Part shown: positions 45,370 to 54,356 of the stretch, in pieces | How positions within the stretch are numbered: the stretch's first letter is position 1 | How the letters are laid out: every line of letters begins with the position of its first letter | Assembly (NCBI GenBank): GCA_043826505.1 | Contig: JBDRQC010000008.1 | Location: forward strand, 114,125-178,124 | Reading direction: 5' to 3' | DNA from: Chrysiogenia bacterium | GTDB taxonomy: Bacteria > Acidobacteriota > Aminicenantia > UBA2199 | Length of the DNA stretch: 64,000 nt | Translations under genes and position numbers: made by a program | Notes under the pieces: model-generated | The model's input: only the letters and a program-made list of their open reading frames with translations | What the model was told of the DNA's origin: nothing | The model's database searches: none

Positions 45370-48258
45370 ATGAAAGAAAAATTCGTTTATTTTTTTTCCA
45401 AGAAATTGAGTGAAGGCAGCAAGGAGATGAAGAATCTCCTGGGTGGCAAGGGTTCGGGACTGGCTGAAATGGCCAGCATCGGCCTGCCGGTCCCGGCCGG
45501 TTTTACCATCACCACCAAAGTCTGCGAACTGTTTTATAAAAACAACCGGCAATATCCTGCCGGTTTGGCAAAGGAAGTCGATGAGAACATGCGCAAGCTG
45601 GAAAAGGAAGTGGGGAAAAAATTCGGCGACGCCGACGACCCCCTGCTGGTTTCGGTGCGCTCGGGAGCATCGCTCTCCATGCCCGGAATGATGGAGACCA
45701 TTCTCAATCTCGGCCTGAACGACCGCTCGCTGGACGGCCTGGCCAGGAAAACAGGCAACCGCCGCTTCGCTTTGGACGCCTACCGCCGCTTCATCATGAT
45801 GTACGGTTCCACGGCCAAGGGCATCGACCGCGAAAAGTTCAACCACGCCTTTGAAACCCTGAAAAACCAGCTGAGTAGAAAGCGCTTGAACCTGGCTGCC
45901 CACATCAAGGTCAACGATACCGATGTGAGTGAGGGCGAACTGGAAAAGCTGGTGAGTGAATTCAAGGTCATCTATAAAAATCACATCGGCAAGGATTTCC
46001 CCCAGGATCCCAAAGAACAGCTTTGGGGCTCTGTGGACGCTGTCTTCGGCTCCTGGATGGCAGAAAAAGCGGTCACCTACCGTCGCGTGGAAAAGATCAC
46101 GGGCGTGGGGGGCACGGCCGTCAATGTCCAGCAGATGGTGTTCGGCAACATGGGCTCCAATTCCGGCACCGGCGTCTGCTTCACCCGCGATCCCAACAAC
46201 GGCGAAAACATTTTTTACGGTGATTACCTGGTCAACGCCCAGGGCGAAGACGTGGTGGCCGGCATCCGCACCCCGATCAGGCTGGCGGATTTCGAAAAAG
46301 CCGATTCAAAGTCCTATAAGCAGCTGGTAGAAGTGCGCCGCATCCTGGAAGGGCACTTCAAGGACATGCAGGACCTGGAATTCACCGTGGAAGAGGGACG
46401 GCTGTACATGCTGCAGTGCCGCACCGGCAAAAGGTCGCCTGGCGCCGCTTTCAAGGTCGCCGTGGACATGGCCAACGAAAAGTTGATCAGCAAAGAAGAG
46501 GCCCTGCTGCGCATCAAGGACAAGGACATCGAAGGGATCTTCTACCCGATCATCGATCCCGATCAAAAAGATGAGATGAAGAAGAATTTTCTGGTTTCGG
46601 GCATTGACGCCGTGCCTGGCGCCGCTACCGGCAAGGTGGTTTTCAATGCCAGGGAAGCCGAAGCAGCTGCCGCCAAGGGCGAAAAAGTCATCCTGGTGCG
46701 CAAGGAGACCAGCCCCGAAGACGTTGGCGGCATGCATGCCGCCCAGGGCATCCTGACCGCCACCGGTGGCAAGACCTCACACGCGGCCGTGGTGGCCCGC
46801 GGTTGGGGCAAGTGCTGCATTGTCGGCTGCGAAAATCTGAACATCAACTATGAAAAAGAAGAATTGACGGTAGGCGACATGGTGGTCAAAAAGGGTGAGG
46901 AACTTACGCTCAACGGCTCCAGCGGCCAGGTCTACCGCGGCTCCCTGCGCCTTATCAAGCCTGAGCCCCCCGCCGCGTTCAAGACCCTGATGGGCTGGGT
47001 GGACAAGATCCGGGCCATCAAGGTGCGCACCAATGCCGATACCCCTTACGATGCCAGTAAGGCCGTCGCCCTGGGGGCCGAAGGCATCGGACTCTGCCGC
47101 ACCGAACACATGTTCTTCGACACAGAGGAGCGCCGCCTGGCCATCCAGGAAATGATCGTGGCCGATACACTGGACGGCCGCGTTGACGCCCTGAACAAGC
47201 TGCTCCCTTTTCAGAAAGAGGACTTCAAGGGGATTTTCAAAGCCATGGACGGCTTCCCGGTGACCATCCGCCTCGTCGATCCGCCGCTGCACGAATTTGT
47301 TCCCCATACCGAGGAGAAGCAGAGGCAACTGGCACAAGAGATCGGCGTTCCTTATGAAAAGATCCGCTACCGGATCGAACAGCTGCACGAATCCAACCCC
47401 ATGCTCGGGCACCGCGGCTGCCGCCTGGCCATCACCTACCCCGAGATCCTGGATATGCAGGTGCGGGCCATCATCGAAGCCGCTTGCGAATGCGCCGCCT
47501 CGGGGATAAAGGTCTATCCCGAGATCATGATCCCGCTGACCATCGATAAAAAAGAGCTGCAGATCCTGGAGATCCGCACCCGTCAGGTCGCCGACGAGAT
47601 CATAAAAACCAGGAGCGTAAAACTGAAATACCTTGTCGGCACCATGATCGAAGTGCCGCGGGCGGCGCTGCTTGCCGACCAGATGGCCGAAGTGGCCGAG
47701 TTTTTCTCTTTCGGCACCAACGACCTGACCCAGATGACAATGGGTATTTCCCGTGACGACGCCGGCAAGTTCCTGCCCGAGTACGTTGATGAAAAAAAAG
47801 CCGGCATCTTCAGCGACGATCCCTTTCAGTCGCTCGACCAGGCCGGAGTGGGCATGCTGGTCAAAATGGCCATTGAAAAAGGCCGGAAAACAAAACCCGT
47901 GCTCAAGATCGGCATTTGCGGCGAACATGGCGGCGACCCTAAATCGGTCGAATTCTGCTGCCGCGTGGGCATGGACTACGTCTCCTGCTCGCCTTTTCGC
48001 GTACCCATCGCCAGGCTGGCCGCGGCCCAAGCCGAGATCAGGAAAAACATGGTGACTGTGCCGGTCAAGGCGAAAAAAGCGGCTGTAAAAAAAGCCCAAG
48101 CGGCAAAAAAGCCGATTGCGGCAAAGAAGAAAGCCGCTGCCGTGCGCAAAGCCAAACCCCCGAAAAAGGTTGCCCGTAAAGCGCCCGTGAAGAAGATAAA
48201 AAGGGCCATCAGGAAGCAGGCTCCAGCCAAGCGCAAATTGATCAAGAAAAAGATATAA
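45370..48258 (+). CDS. ppdK: Pyruvate phosphate dikinase with a Lys/Ala-rich C-terminal tail
   Basis: LGGKGSGLAEM, LLVSVRSGA, GEDVVAGIRTP, GGKTSHAAVVARG (phospho-His), GIGLCRTEHMFF, FSFGTNDLTQ, GICGEHGGDP. Confidence 0.97.
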   Translation: MKEKFVYFFSKKLSEGSKEMKNLLGGKGSGLAEMASIGLPVPAGFTITTKVCELFYKNNRQYPAGLAKEVDENMRKLEKEVGKKFGDADDPLLVSVRSGASLSMPGMMETILNLGLNDRSLDGLARKTGNRRFALDAYRRFIMMYGSTAKGIDREKFNHAFETLKNQLSRKRLNLAAHIKVNDTDVSEGELEKLVSEFKVIYKNHIGKDFPQDPKEQLWGSVDAVFGSWMAEKAVTYRRVEKITGVGGTAVNVQQMVFGNMGSNSGTGVCFTRDPNNGENIFYGDYLVNAQGEDVVAGIRTPIRLADFEKADSKSYKQLVEVRRILEGHFKDMQDLEFTVEEGRLYMLQCRTGKRSPGAAFKVAVDMANEKLISKEEALLRIKDKDIEGIFYPIIDPDQKDEMKKNFLVSGIDAVPGAATGKVVFNAREAEAAAAKGEKVILVRKETSPEDVGGMHAAQGILTATGGKTSHAAVVARGWGKCCIVGCENLNINYEKEELTVGDMVVKKGEELTLNGSSGQVYRGSLRLIKPEPPAAFKTLMGWVDKIRAIKVRTNADTPYDASKAVALGAEGIGLCRTEHMFFDTEERRLAIQEMIVADTLDGRVDALNKLLPFQKEDFKGIFKAMDGFPVTIRLVDPPLHEFVPHTEEKQRQLAQEIGVPYEKIRYRIEQLHESNPMLGHRGCRLAITYPEILDMQVRAIIEAACECAASGIKVYPEIMIPLTIDKKELQILEIRTRQVADEIIKTRSVKLKYLVGTMIEVPRAALLADQMAEVAEFFSFGTNDLTQMTMGISRDDAGKFLPEYVDEKKAGIFSDDPFQSLDQAGVGMLVKMAIEKGRKTKPVLKIGICGEHGGDPKSVEFCCRVGMDYVSCSPFRVPIARLAAAQAEIRKNMVTVPVKAKKAAVKKAQAAKKPIAAKKKAAAVRKAKPPKKVARKAPVKKIKRAIRKQAPAKRKLIKKKI

Positions 48259-48386
48259 GTGTTTGTGATAGTGATAGTGTTAGTGTTAGCAGCATGCAAT
48301 TCAGCGAATTATTGTTTCGTTTGATTGCAACTTCTAACGCTAGCACTTATATTTGGTTCGCAGCAATTTTTGGTCAACACTAACAC
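48259..48386. repeat. Hexamer (GTGATA/GTGTTA) inverted-repeat element
   Basis: GTGTTT GTGATA GTGATA GTGTTA GTGTTA versus CTAACG CTAGCA C (48334-48346) and CAACAC TAACAC (48375-48386). Confidence 0.7.
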
Positions 48387-48407
48387 TGAGTTCTTCTCAC
48401 CCACATG

Positions 48408-48436
48408 TTGACATTTTTAAGCCCATTCTCTACAAT
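48408..48436 (+). promoter_or_regulatory. sigma70-type promoter of the ABC/pilD operon
   Basis: TTGACA (48408-48413), 17 bp, TACAAT (48431-48436). Confidence 0.75.
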
Positions 48437-48469
48437 GACAATCTAAATAATGGGCAAAATGGACAAACC

Positions 48470-49483
48470 ATGAAAGCACTGGAGATCAAAGGACTTGAAA
48501 AATCATTCCGCTCCAATTTCCTGCTAAAAAAATTCCATATCCTGAAAGGCATAAATCTCAGCGTGGAAAAGGGCGAGATCTACGGTTTCCTGGGACCGAA
48601 TGGCGCCGGGAAAACCACCACCATCAAGTGCGTCCTGGGCCTGCTCTTCGCCGACCAGGGTGAGATCCTGATCGACGGTCAGCCCGCTGCCTCCCCGGCT
48701 TCCCGGCGCAGGATCGGCTTTCTGCCTGAAAATCCCTTATTTTATGAGTACCTGAGCGCCCGCGAGCTGCTTTTCTTTTCCGCCTCGCTCTTCAACCTTC
48801 CGGCTGCCGAAGTGCGTGACAGGGTTGCCGCCCTGATCCACCAAGTGGGTCTGAGCGGCCACCAGGACCTGAAACTGCGCAAATTCTCCAAAGGCATGAT
48901 CCAGCGCCTGGGCCTGGCTCAGGCCCTGATCCACAATCCCGATTTCCTGATCCTCGACGAGCCCTTTTCCGGCCTCGATCCCATCGGCCGCAAGGATCTG
49001 CGCACTCTTATCCTCTCCCTGCGCGAACAGGGTAAAACCATCTTTTTTTCCTCCCATATCCTGCAGGACATGGAGATGATGGTCGACAGGGTCGGCATCA
49101 TTCTGAACGGAAGCATGCGCCGCGATGGCAAACTGTCGGAACTCATCTCGCGCAGCACCCAATATTACGAGATCATCTGTTCGCATATCGCCGAAAAGGA
49201 ATTGGCCAAGCTCCAGGCTGATTTCACCTGCCGTGACGGCCAATACTCGCTTACCCTGCCCAGCGACTCCGACATCAACCTGGTGGTGGAATCGATCATC
49301 CACAACAACGGCCGGATCGTTGCGGTCAATCCGGTAAAAATGACCCTGGAAGATATTTTTTTCAATGAAATGCGGCCGGACCGCCCCGCCACGCCGGGGC
49401 CGCACCGCCCCGCAACGACGGCTGGAGGGGCCAATAGGGCCCCGACGTCCCGGTCCGATGGGACCGGGGGGGACAGCAAATGA
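48470..49483 (+). CDS. ABC transporter ATP-binding protein (PilH-like)
   Basis: GPNGAGKTT, FSKGMIQR, LDEPFSGLDP, SSHIL. Start MKALEI. Confidence 0.9.
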   Translation: MKALEIKGLEKSFRSNFLLKKFHILKGINLSVEKGEIYGFLGPNGAGKTTTIKCVLGLLFADQGEILIDGQPAASPASRRRIGFLPENPLFYEYLSARELLFFSASLFNLPAAEVRDRVAALIHQVGLSGHQDLKLRKFSKGMIQRLGLAQALIHNPDFLILDEPFSGLDPIGRKDLRTLILSLREQGKTIFFSSHILQDMEMMVDRVGIILNGSMRRDGKLSELISRSTQYYEIICSHIAEKELAKLQADFTCRDGQYSLTLPSDSDINLVVESIIHNNGRIVAVNPVKMTLEDIFFNEMRPDRPATPGPHRPATTAGGANRAPTSRSDGTGGDSK

Positions 49484-50244
49484 AAATCAAAGCCATTGCC
49501 GTTAACACTTTCAAGGAATCGGCGCGCAACAAGATGTTTTACCTGCTGGTTTTTTTCGGCATCTTCTTCGCCCTCAGTTCCAAGCTGATCAGTTTCCTTA
49601 CCCTGGGCGACGCCATGAAAGTGCTTAAAGACACCGGCCTGGCGGCCATAAACTTCTTTTGCATTGTTATTGCCATCTTCACCGGCATCAACCTGATCTA
49701 CAAGGAGATCGAAAAAAAGACAGTGTTCAATATCCTGAGCAAGCCGGTATCGCGTGACCAATTCATCATCGGCAAGTTCCTGGGCCTGGCCCTGACCATG
49801 CTCACGGCACTGGCGGCCATGGCCGTGATTTTTTTCCTGCTGGTGCTGGCCAGCGGCGGCGGCTTCGACCTCATGATCATCCTCTACTTCTTCATGCTGT
49901 TCCTGGAGCTTCTTATCATCGTGGCCATTTCACTGTTCTTCTCCTCTTTCACAACGCCGATCCTCTCATTTATTTTCACGGTTTCACTCTACCTGATCGG
50001 TCACATCATGTGGACGTTCAATGAATTCAAGGTTATCCTGCGTGACCCGTTCTGGAAACATTTCACTCAAGGCCTCTACTACCTGCTGCCCAACCTGGAC
50101 AAGTTCAACATCAAGAACGAAGTGGTGCTGAACACGGCGCTCGACCCCTGGACAATTATCTTTTCCCTGCTTTACGCCCTGGCCTATATCCTGGCCCTGT
50201 TGGCCGTCACCATCCTGATCTTCCGCAAAAGGGATTTTCAATGA
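49480..50244 (+). CDS. ABC-2 type permease (PilI-like)
   Basis: Six TMs; NTFKESARNK, EIEKKTVFNILSKPVSR, LLPNL, FRKRDF. Confidence 0.85.
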   Translation: MKIKAIAVNTFKESARNKMFYLLVFFGIFFALSSKLISFLTLGDAMKVLKDTGLAAINFFCIVIAIFTGINLIYKEIEKKTVFNILSKPVSRDQFIIGKFLGLALTMLTALAAMAVIFFLLVLASGGGFDLMIILYFFMLFLELLIIVAISLFFSSFTTPILSFIFTVSLYLIGHIMWTFNEFKVILRDPFWKHFTQGLYYLLPNLDKFNIKNEVVLNTALDPWTIIFSLLYALAYILALLAVTILIFRKRDFQ

Positions 50245-51086
50245 TCCCAGGCCGGCTGCTGGCGGTCGTTTTCCTGGCCGGACTGTTGCTGGCGGCAGGA
50301 ATGCAGAACTGTTACGACAGCAACATCGATTACTTTGCCGACCGCGGCACCTTTGTTTCCCTGCCTTCAGGCAAGGCTCTGAAAGTCCTTTCCTTCGGAT
50401 ACTGCAACCTGGCCGCCGATTTGCTTTTCATATGGTCCATCCAGTTTTATTCCACCCCCTACCTGGCCAACCGCTTCGATTTTTTGGAAAGGGTATACGA
50501 CACCATCACCGATATCACGCCGCAGTACAAGGAGCCGTATATCATCGGATCGCTGATCATGGTCTACGAAGCCAGGGATATTCCCATGGCCCTGCGCCTC
50601 CTGGACAAGGGTTCGCGCCTCAATCCCGACGAATGGTTTTTTGATCACGATGCCGGATACTACTGCTATAAATTCTTGAAAGATTTCGCCAAGGCCGAAT
50701 TTTACTACAACCGGGCCGCGTCCAAACCGGATGCCCCGGCTTTCATCAAACGCTTGAACGCCCATATGGTCTACCTGGGCGACGATCCCAAAATGGCTTA
50801 CAGGATGTGGCTGGAAATTTACAATAATGCCCGCGACACCCTGGAAAAAGACGGGGCTTTCAACCACCTTTACCAGATCAAGGCCGAAAGCGATCTCGCT
50901 CTGCTCAAAGAGCGGATCGGGATGTTCCGCCGCCAATTCCGGCGCTGGCCGACGGCTTTGGACGAATTGCTGAGTTCAAGGTTGCTGGCGGCTCTGCCTG
51001 TGGATTTCGCCGGAAACGAATACATATACAACCCTAAACAGGGCACAATCACGGCCGCGAGGGTATTCAAATGGAAGCAGCGCTGA
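50241..51086 (+). CDS. Membrane-anchored TPR-like protein (PilG-like by context)
   Basis: N-terminal TM, ADLLFIWSIQF, ITDITPQY helical repeats. Translationally coupled within the operon. Confidence 0.6.
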   Translation: MIPGRLLAVVFLAGLLLAAGMQNCYDSNIDYFADRGTFVSLPSGKALKVLSFGYCNLAADLLFIWSIQFYSTPYLANRFDFLERVYDTITDITPQYKEPYIIGSLIMVYEARDIPMALRLLDKGSRLNPDEWFFDHDAGYYCYKFLKDFAKAEFYYNRAASKPDAPAFIKRLNAHMVYLGDDPKMAYRMWLEIYNNARDTLEKDGAFNHLYQIKAESDLALLKERIGMFRRQFRRWPTALDELLSSRLLAALPVDFAGNEYIYNPKQGTITAARVFKWKQR

Positions 51087-51838
51087 CCATCATTTTCGGC
51101 TTGATCATCGGCAGTTTTTTGAACGTGGTGATCCACCGCCTGCCCCTGGGAGAGAACGTGGTTTTCCCCCCATCCCATTGTCCGCGCTGCCGCGCCGACA
51201 TTCCTTTTTATCTCAACATCCCGCTGCTGAGTTACATTTTTTTATTGGGCAAATGCCGATCCTGTCGCGGCAAAATATCAGCTCAATACCCGTTGGTAGA
51301 GGGATTTTGCGCTTTCAGCTTCTGGCTGACGGTTCATAGCTACGGATTATCGCTGCAGGCCGCGGCCAGCGCCGTGTTCATCTGGCTGCTGATCGCCCTG
51401 GCGGCCATCGACATCAAGCACATGATCCTCCCCGACGAACTCACCTTGAGCGGCGCCGCGATTTTTTTCATTTATTCATTTTTCAATCCCGAGATCGGCC
51501 AGTTGGATGCCGTGCTTAGCGGCCTGGGCGGGGCGCTTTTTTTCGCCGGCCTTTATTTCTTTTACCTGAAAATCAGAAAGATCGAGGGTTTGGGTTTCGG
51601 CGACGTAAAAATGGCTCTGTTCATGGGCCTTTTTCTCGGCCTGCACCGGCTGACTGTTGCGATATTCCTGGCATCGTTATTCGGCCTGCTGGTGGGGATA
51701 TTCTTCATTGTGTTCAGGAAAAAGAATCTTAAGCTTGCCCTGCCCTTCGGCCCGTTCCTGAGCCTGGGCAGTTTCGTTTCCCTGTTCTGGGGCGACGCCA
51801 TCATGGCCTGGATCGGCTCGTTCTGGCGTCTGCTATGA
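51071..51838 (+). CDS. pilD: Prepilin peptidase / N-methyltransferase
   Basis: GSFLNVVIHRLP, SHCPRC...GKCRSC, IDIKHMILPD, GLGFGDVK, LPFGPFL. Confidence 0.95.
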   Translation: MEAALTIIFGLIIGSFLNVVIHRLPLGENVVFPPSHCPRCRADIPFYLNIPLLSYIFLLGKCRSCRGKISAQYPLVEGFCAFSFWLTVHSYGLSLQAAASAVFIWLLIALAAIDIKHMILPDELTLSGAAIFFIYSFFNPEIGQLDAVLSGLGGALFFAGLYFFYLKIRKIEGLGFGDVKMALFMGLFLGLHRLTVAIFLASLFGLLVGIFFIVFRKKNLKLALPFGPFLSLGSFVSLFWGDAIMAWIGSFWRLL

Positions 51839-53331
51839 AAAGAAGTTTTCTGATCATGGTCATTGTCGTCCAGATCCTGGGCCTTTTTGTCTTTGAGAAC
51901 ATGCGCGCCCTTTTCAAGAGCCTTGAAAAAAATGAGATCGCCGCCATCATCGCCCAAAGCGACCTGCAGGCCGAACTGTACGTCCAGAAGATTTTGCTGC
52001 ACCGGCCGCAGCCGGGCCGGGAAAAATATTTCGACCAGGTCCTGTCACTGCCTCGCGCCGGGAACAGCAAGCAGGTAACCCTGGCCGGCCAGGAAAGGCT
52101 GCTGCAGATCAGAAAACCCCTGGGCGATGGTTCGGGGCTGCTTTTCAAGAAAACCATCCGCTCGCCCCAGCTCGAGCAGTTCGCGGCGTTGAGAAAGATA
52201 CTTTCCGGTCTGATCTTCTTCCTGGGAATCTTCATTAGCGCGTCCGGCATCTACCTGGTGGTGCTGCTGCGTAAAAAGGGCCCGGAAAAGATTTTGGGTG
52301 CCGGTTCTCCCTTACAGGATTACCTGGTGGAAATGAAAAGCACCCAGCTGGAACTGCAGGACCTGGTCGCCGAGCAAAACCGCGCCAGCTCGCAAACAGA
52401 GGAATTGAACAAAAGCATCATCAATACCATCCATCTTGGCGTGATCTTCATCTCCGCCGAAGCCAAGATCGTGATATTCAACCCCGCCGCCCAGAAATTG
52501 TTCAAGCGAAGCTTTTCCAGCGCCAAGAATAATTCCCTGGCCACGGTTCTGCAGGAGCATCCCAAGCTCACCGCCTTCATTCAGGCCGCTGAAAAGAAAA
52601 TTTCTGCTGAGATCGAAAGCGGCTCATTTATCTTTTACGTCGACATAGTGCCGGTTTCCGACAGCGACCGCCTGGTGCTGGTCCGTGACGTCAGCGCCGA
52701 GAGAAAAAAGGAAAAGATCCAGCGTCAGAATGCCAACCTGATGATGCTCGGCGAAATGGCCGCGGCCCTGGCCCACGAGATACGCAATTCATTGGGAGTC
52801 ATCCTGGGCTACAGCAAGGCCATGCGTACCGAGCCGGAAAAAACGCGCAAGATCGTCCGCGAGATCAATTTCCTGAGCGAAATGATGGAAAGTTTCCTGC
52901 AGTTCGCCCGGCCGGTAAAAAAGATCTACCGCAAGAAAACCGATGTCAGAAAATTGATCGCCACTGCCGCCGCCGCGCAGGAAATGGCCGTCGACCTGCC
53001 GCATAACCCCCTGCTTTTAAAAAGCGATCCGCTGCTGCTGAACGTCATTTTTTCCAACCTGGTCCTCAACGCCAAACAGGCCGGGGCCGGGAGTTTGAAA
53101 GTGGAATTCTCAGACATCACGCCTGCCTCGCTGACATTGGCCGATGACGGACCAGGCATCGCCGCCGCCAACACTGAAAAGATATGGCTGCCGTTCTTCA
53201 GCAGCCGCGACAAGGGCACCGGCATGGGCCTGGCCACGGTCAAGAAATTGGTGAGCGCTTTGAACGGAGACATCCAGTTGATTGAGGATGGCAAACCTGG
53301 AGCCAAGTTCAGGATTGTTTTTTATAATTAA
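51835..53331 (+). CDS. Membrane sensor histidine kinase with PAS domain (PilS-like)
   Basis: Two TMs, PAS-like FNPAAQKLF, LAHEIRNSLG, NLVLNA, DDGPG, FFSSRDKGTGMGL. Confidence 0.88.
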   Translation: MKRSFLIMVIVVQILGLFVFENMRALFKSLEKNEIAAIIAQSDLQAELYVQKILLHRPQPGREKYFDQVLSLPRAGNSKQVTLAGQERLLQIRKPLGDGSGLLFKKTIRSPQLEQFAALRKILSGLIFFLGIFISASGIYLVVLLRKKGPEKILGAGSPLQDYLVEMKSTQLELQDLVAEQNRASSQTEELNKSIINTIHLGVIFISAEAKIVIFNPAAQKLFKRSFSSAKNNSLATVLQEHPKLTAFIQAAEKKISAEIESGSFIFYVDIVPVSDSDRLVLVRDVSAERKKEKIQRQNANLMMLGEMAAALAHEIRNSLGVILGYSKAMRTEPEKTRKIVREINFLSEMMESFLQFARPVKKIYRKKTDVRKLIATAAAAQEMAVDLPHNPLLLKSDPLLLNVIFSNLVLNAKQAGAGSLKVEFSDITPASLTLADDGPGIAAANTEKIWLPFFSSRDKGTGMGLATVKKLVSALNGDIQLIEDGKPGAKFRIVFYN

Positions 53332-53340
53332 CGAAATGGG

Positions 53341-53466
53341 TATACGGTACACGGTTTACAGTAGACGGTAAGAAACTACCTGATTAAGGTTCGCGATAGA
53401 AAGAACTCGCATTCTCCCGATTTAAGGATTTTCACCGTACACCGTCAACCGTACGCCGTCTACCGA
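53341..53466. repeat. ACGG-heptamer inverted-repeat element
   Basis: ACGG at 53344/53351/53365 (ACAG at 53358); CCGT at 53435/53442/53449/53456 and CCGA at 53463. Confidence 0.85.
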
Positions 53467-54152
53467 TTTCCTCCAAGGATCGCCTCGGCTACAGCCAGAT
53501 CCTGCGGGTAGGTAATCTTTATGTTGACCGGATCACCAGGCACCGTGACGACCGAAGCCAGGCCGTAGCGAACTACCAAAGAGCAATCGTCACCGGCATT
53601 GGTGAAGCCATTGATCCGGGCCCGTTCATGGGCCGGGCGGATGATCTCCAGCTTGAATCCCTGTGGCGTCTGCACATGGCGGAGTTTGGCGCGGTCGAGA
53701 ACAGCCGTAACCACATCCGCATCATCGACGCGGATGGTCGTATCGCTGACCGGAAGAACTGGCATGACCGCTTGTGAGCAGGCCAGCGCTTCCAGTACCC
53801 GGCTGATCACTGCCGGCGCCACCAGCGCCCTGACAGCATCGTGAATAAGGATGTTTTCGCTGGTATCCGGGGCGGCACAGACCCCGATCGCTGATGATTC
53901 CTGGCGGGAATTTCCGCCGGGGAGGATATTTGTCACCTTTGTGAAGCGGCCGGCGGCTACCGTTTTTTCAGCCAGGGACATCTGGGCTGCAGGGCAGACA
54001 AGGATGATGCCATCCAGGCCCGGATGGTCCTGGAAGGTATCCAGGCAAATTTCCAGCAGCGAGCGGCCGCCGATCAGACGGAATTGCTTGGGCAAAGGGC
54101 CCTGGAAACGCGTCCCCGCTCCGCCGGCCAGGATTATGGCTAAGTTCTTCAT
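53460..54152 (-). CDS. ispD: IspD/TarI family cytidylyltransferase
   Basis: ILAGGAGTRF...PKQF, GGNSRQESS, ILIHDAVR, VQTPQGF, DDCSLV, NIKITYPQDL. Start MKNLAI at 54152, not the ORF-track 54563. Confidence 0.85.
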   Translation of the reverse strand: MKNLAIILAGGAGTRFQGPLPKQFRLIGGRSLLEICLDTFQDHPGLDGIILVCPAAQMSLAEKTVAAGRFTKVTNILPGGNSRQESSAIGVCAAPDTSENILIHDAVRALVAPAVISRVLEALACSQAVMPVLPVSDTTIRVDDADVVTAVLDRAKLRHVQTPQGFKLEIIRPAHERARINGFTNAGDDCSLVVRYGLASVVTVPGDPVNIKITYPQDLAVAEAILGGNR

Positions 54153-54170
54153 AGGAACATTATAATTCAA

Positions 54171-54309
54171 AGGGAAGAGAGAGGGAAGAAGGAGGGAAGA
54201 GTCAGGGAAGAGGGAGTAAAAAAAAGCGATAATTCGTGCCTGCTGTCTTCTTTCCTTTTCTTCCCTCTGCCTTTCCCTCATTCTTCCCATTGTTTTCCCT
54301 CTCTTCCCT
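54171..54309. repeat. GGGAAGA purine/pyrimidine inverted-repeat element
   Basis: AGGGAAGA units at 54171-54216 and TCTTCCC/TTCCCT units at 54247-54309, between divergent ispD and the murG fusion. Confidence 0.75.
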
Positions 54310-54356
54310 ATTATTTTCAAAACGTTTGCGGTATAATTGGCCCTGGCAAACCCAAC

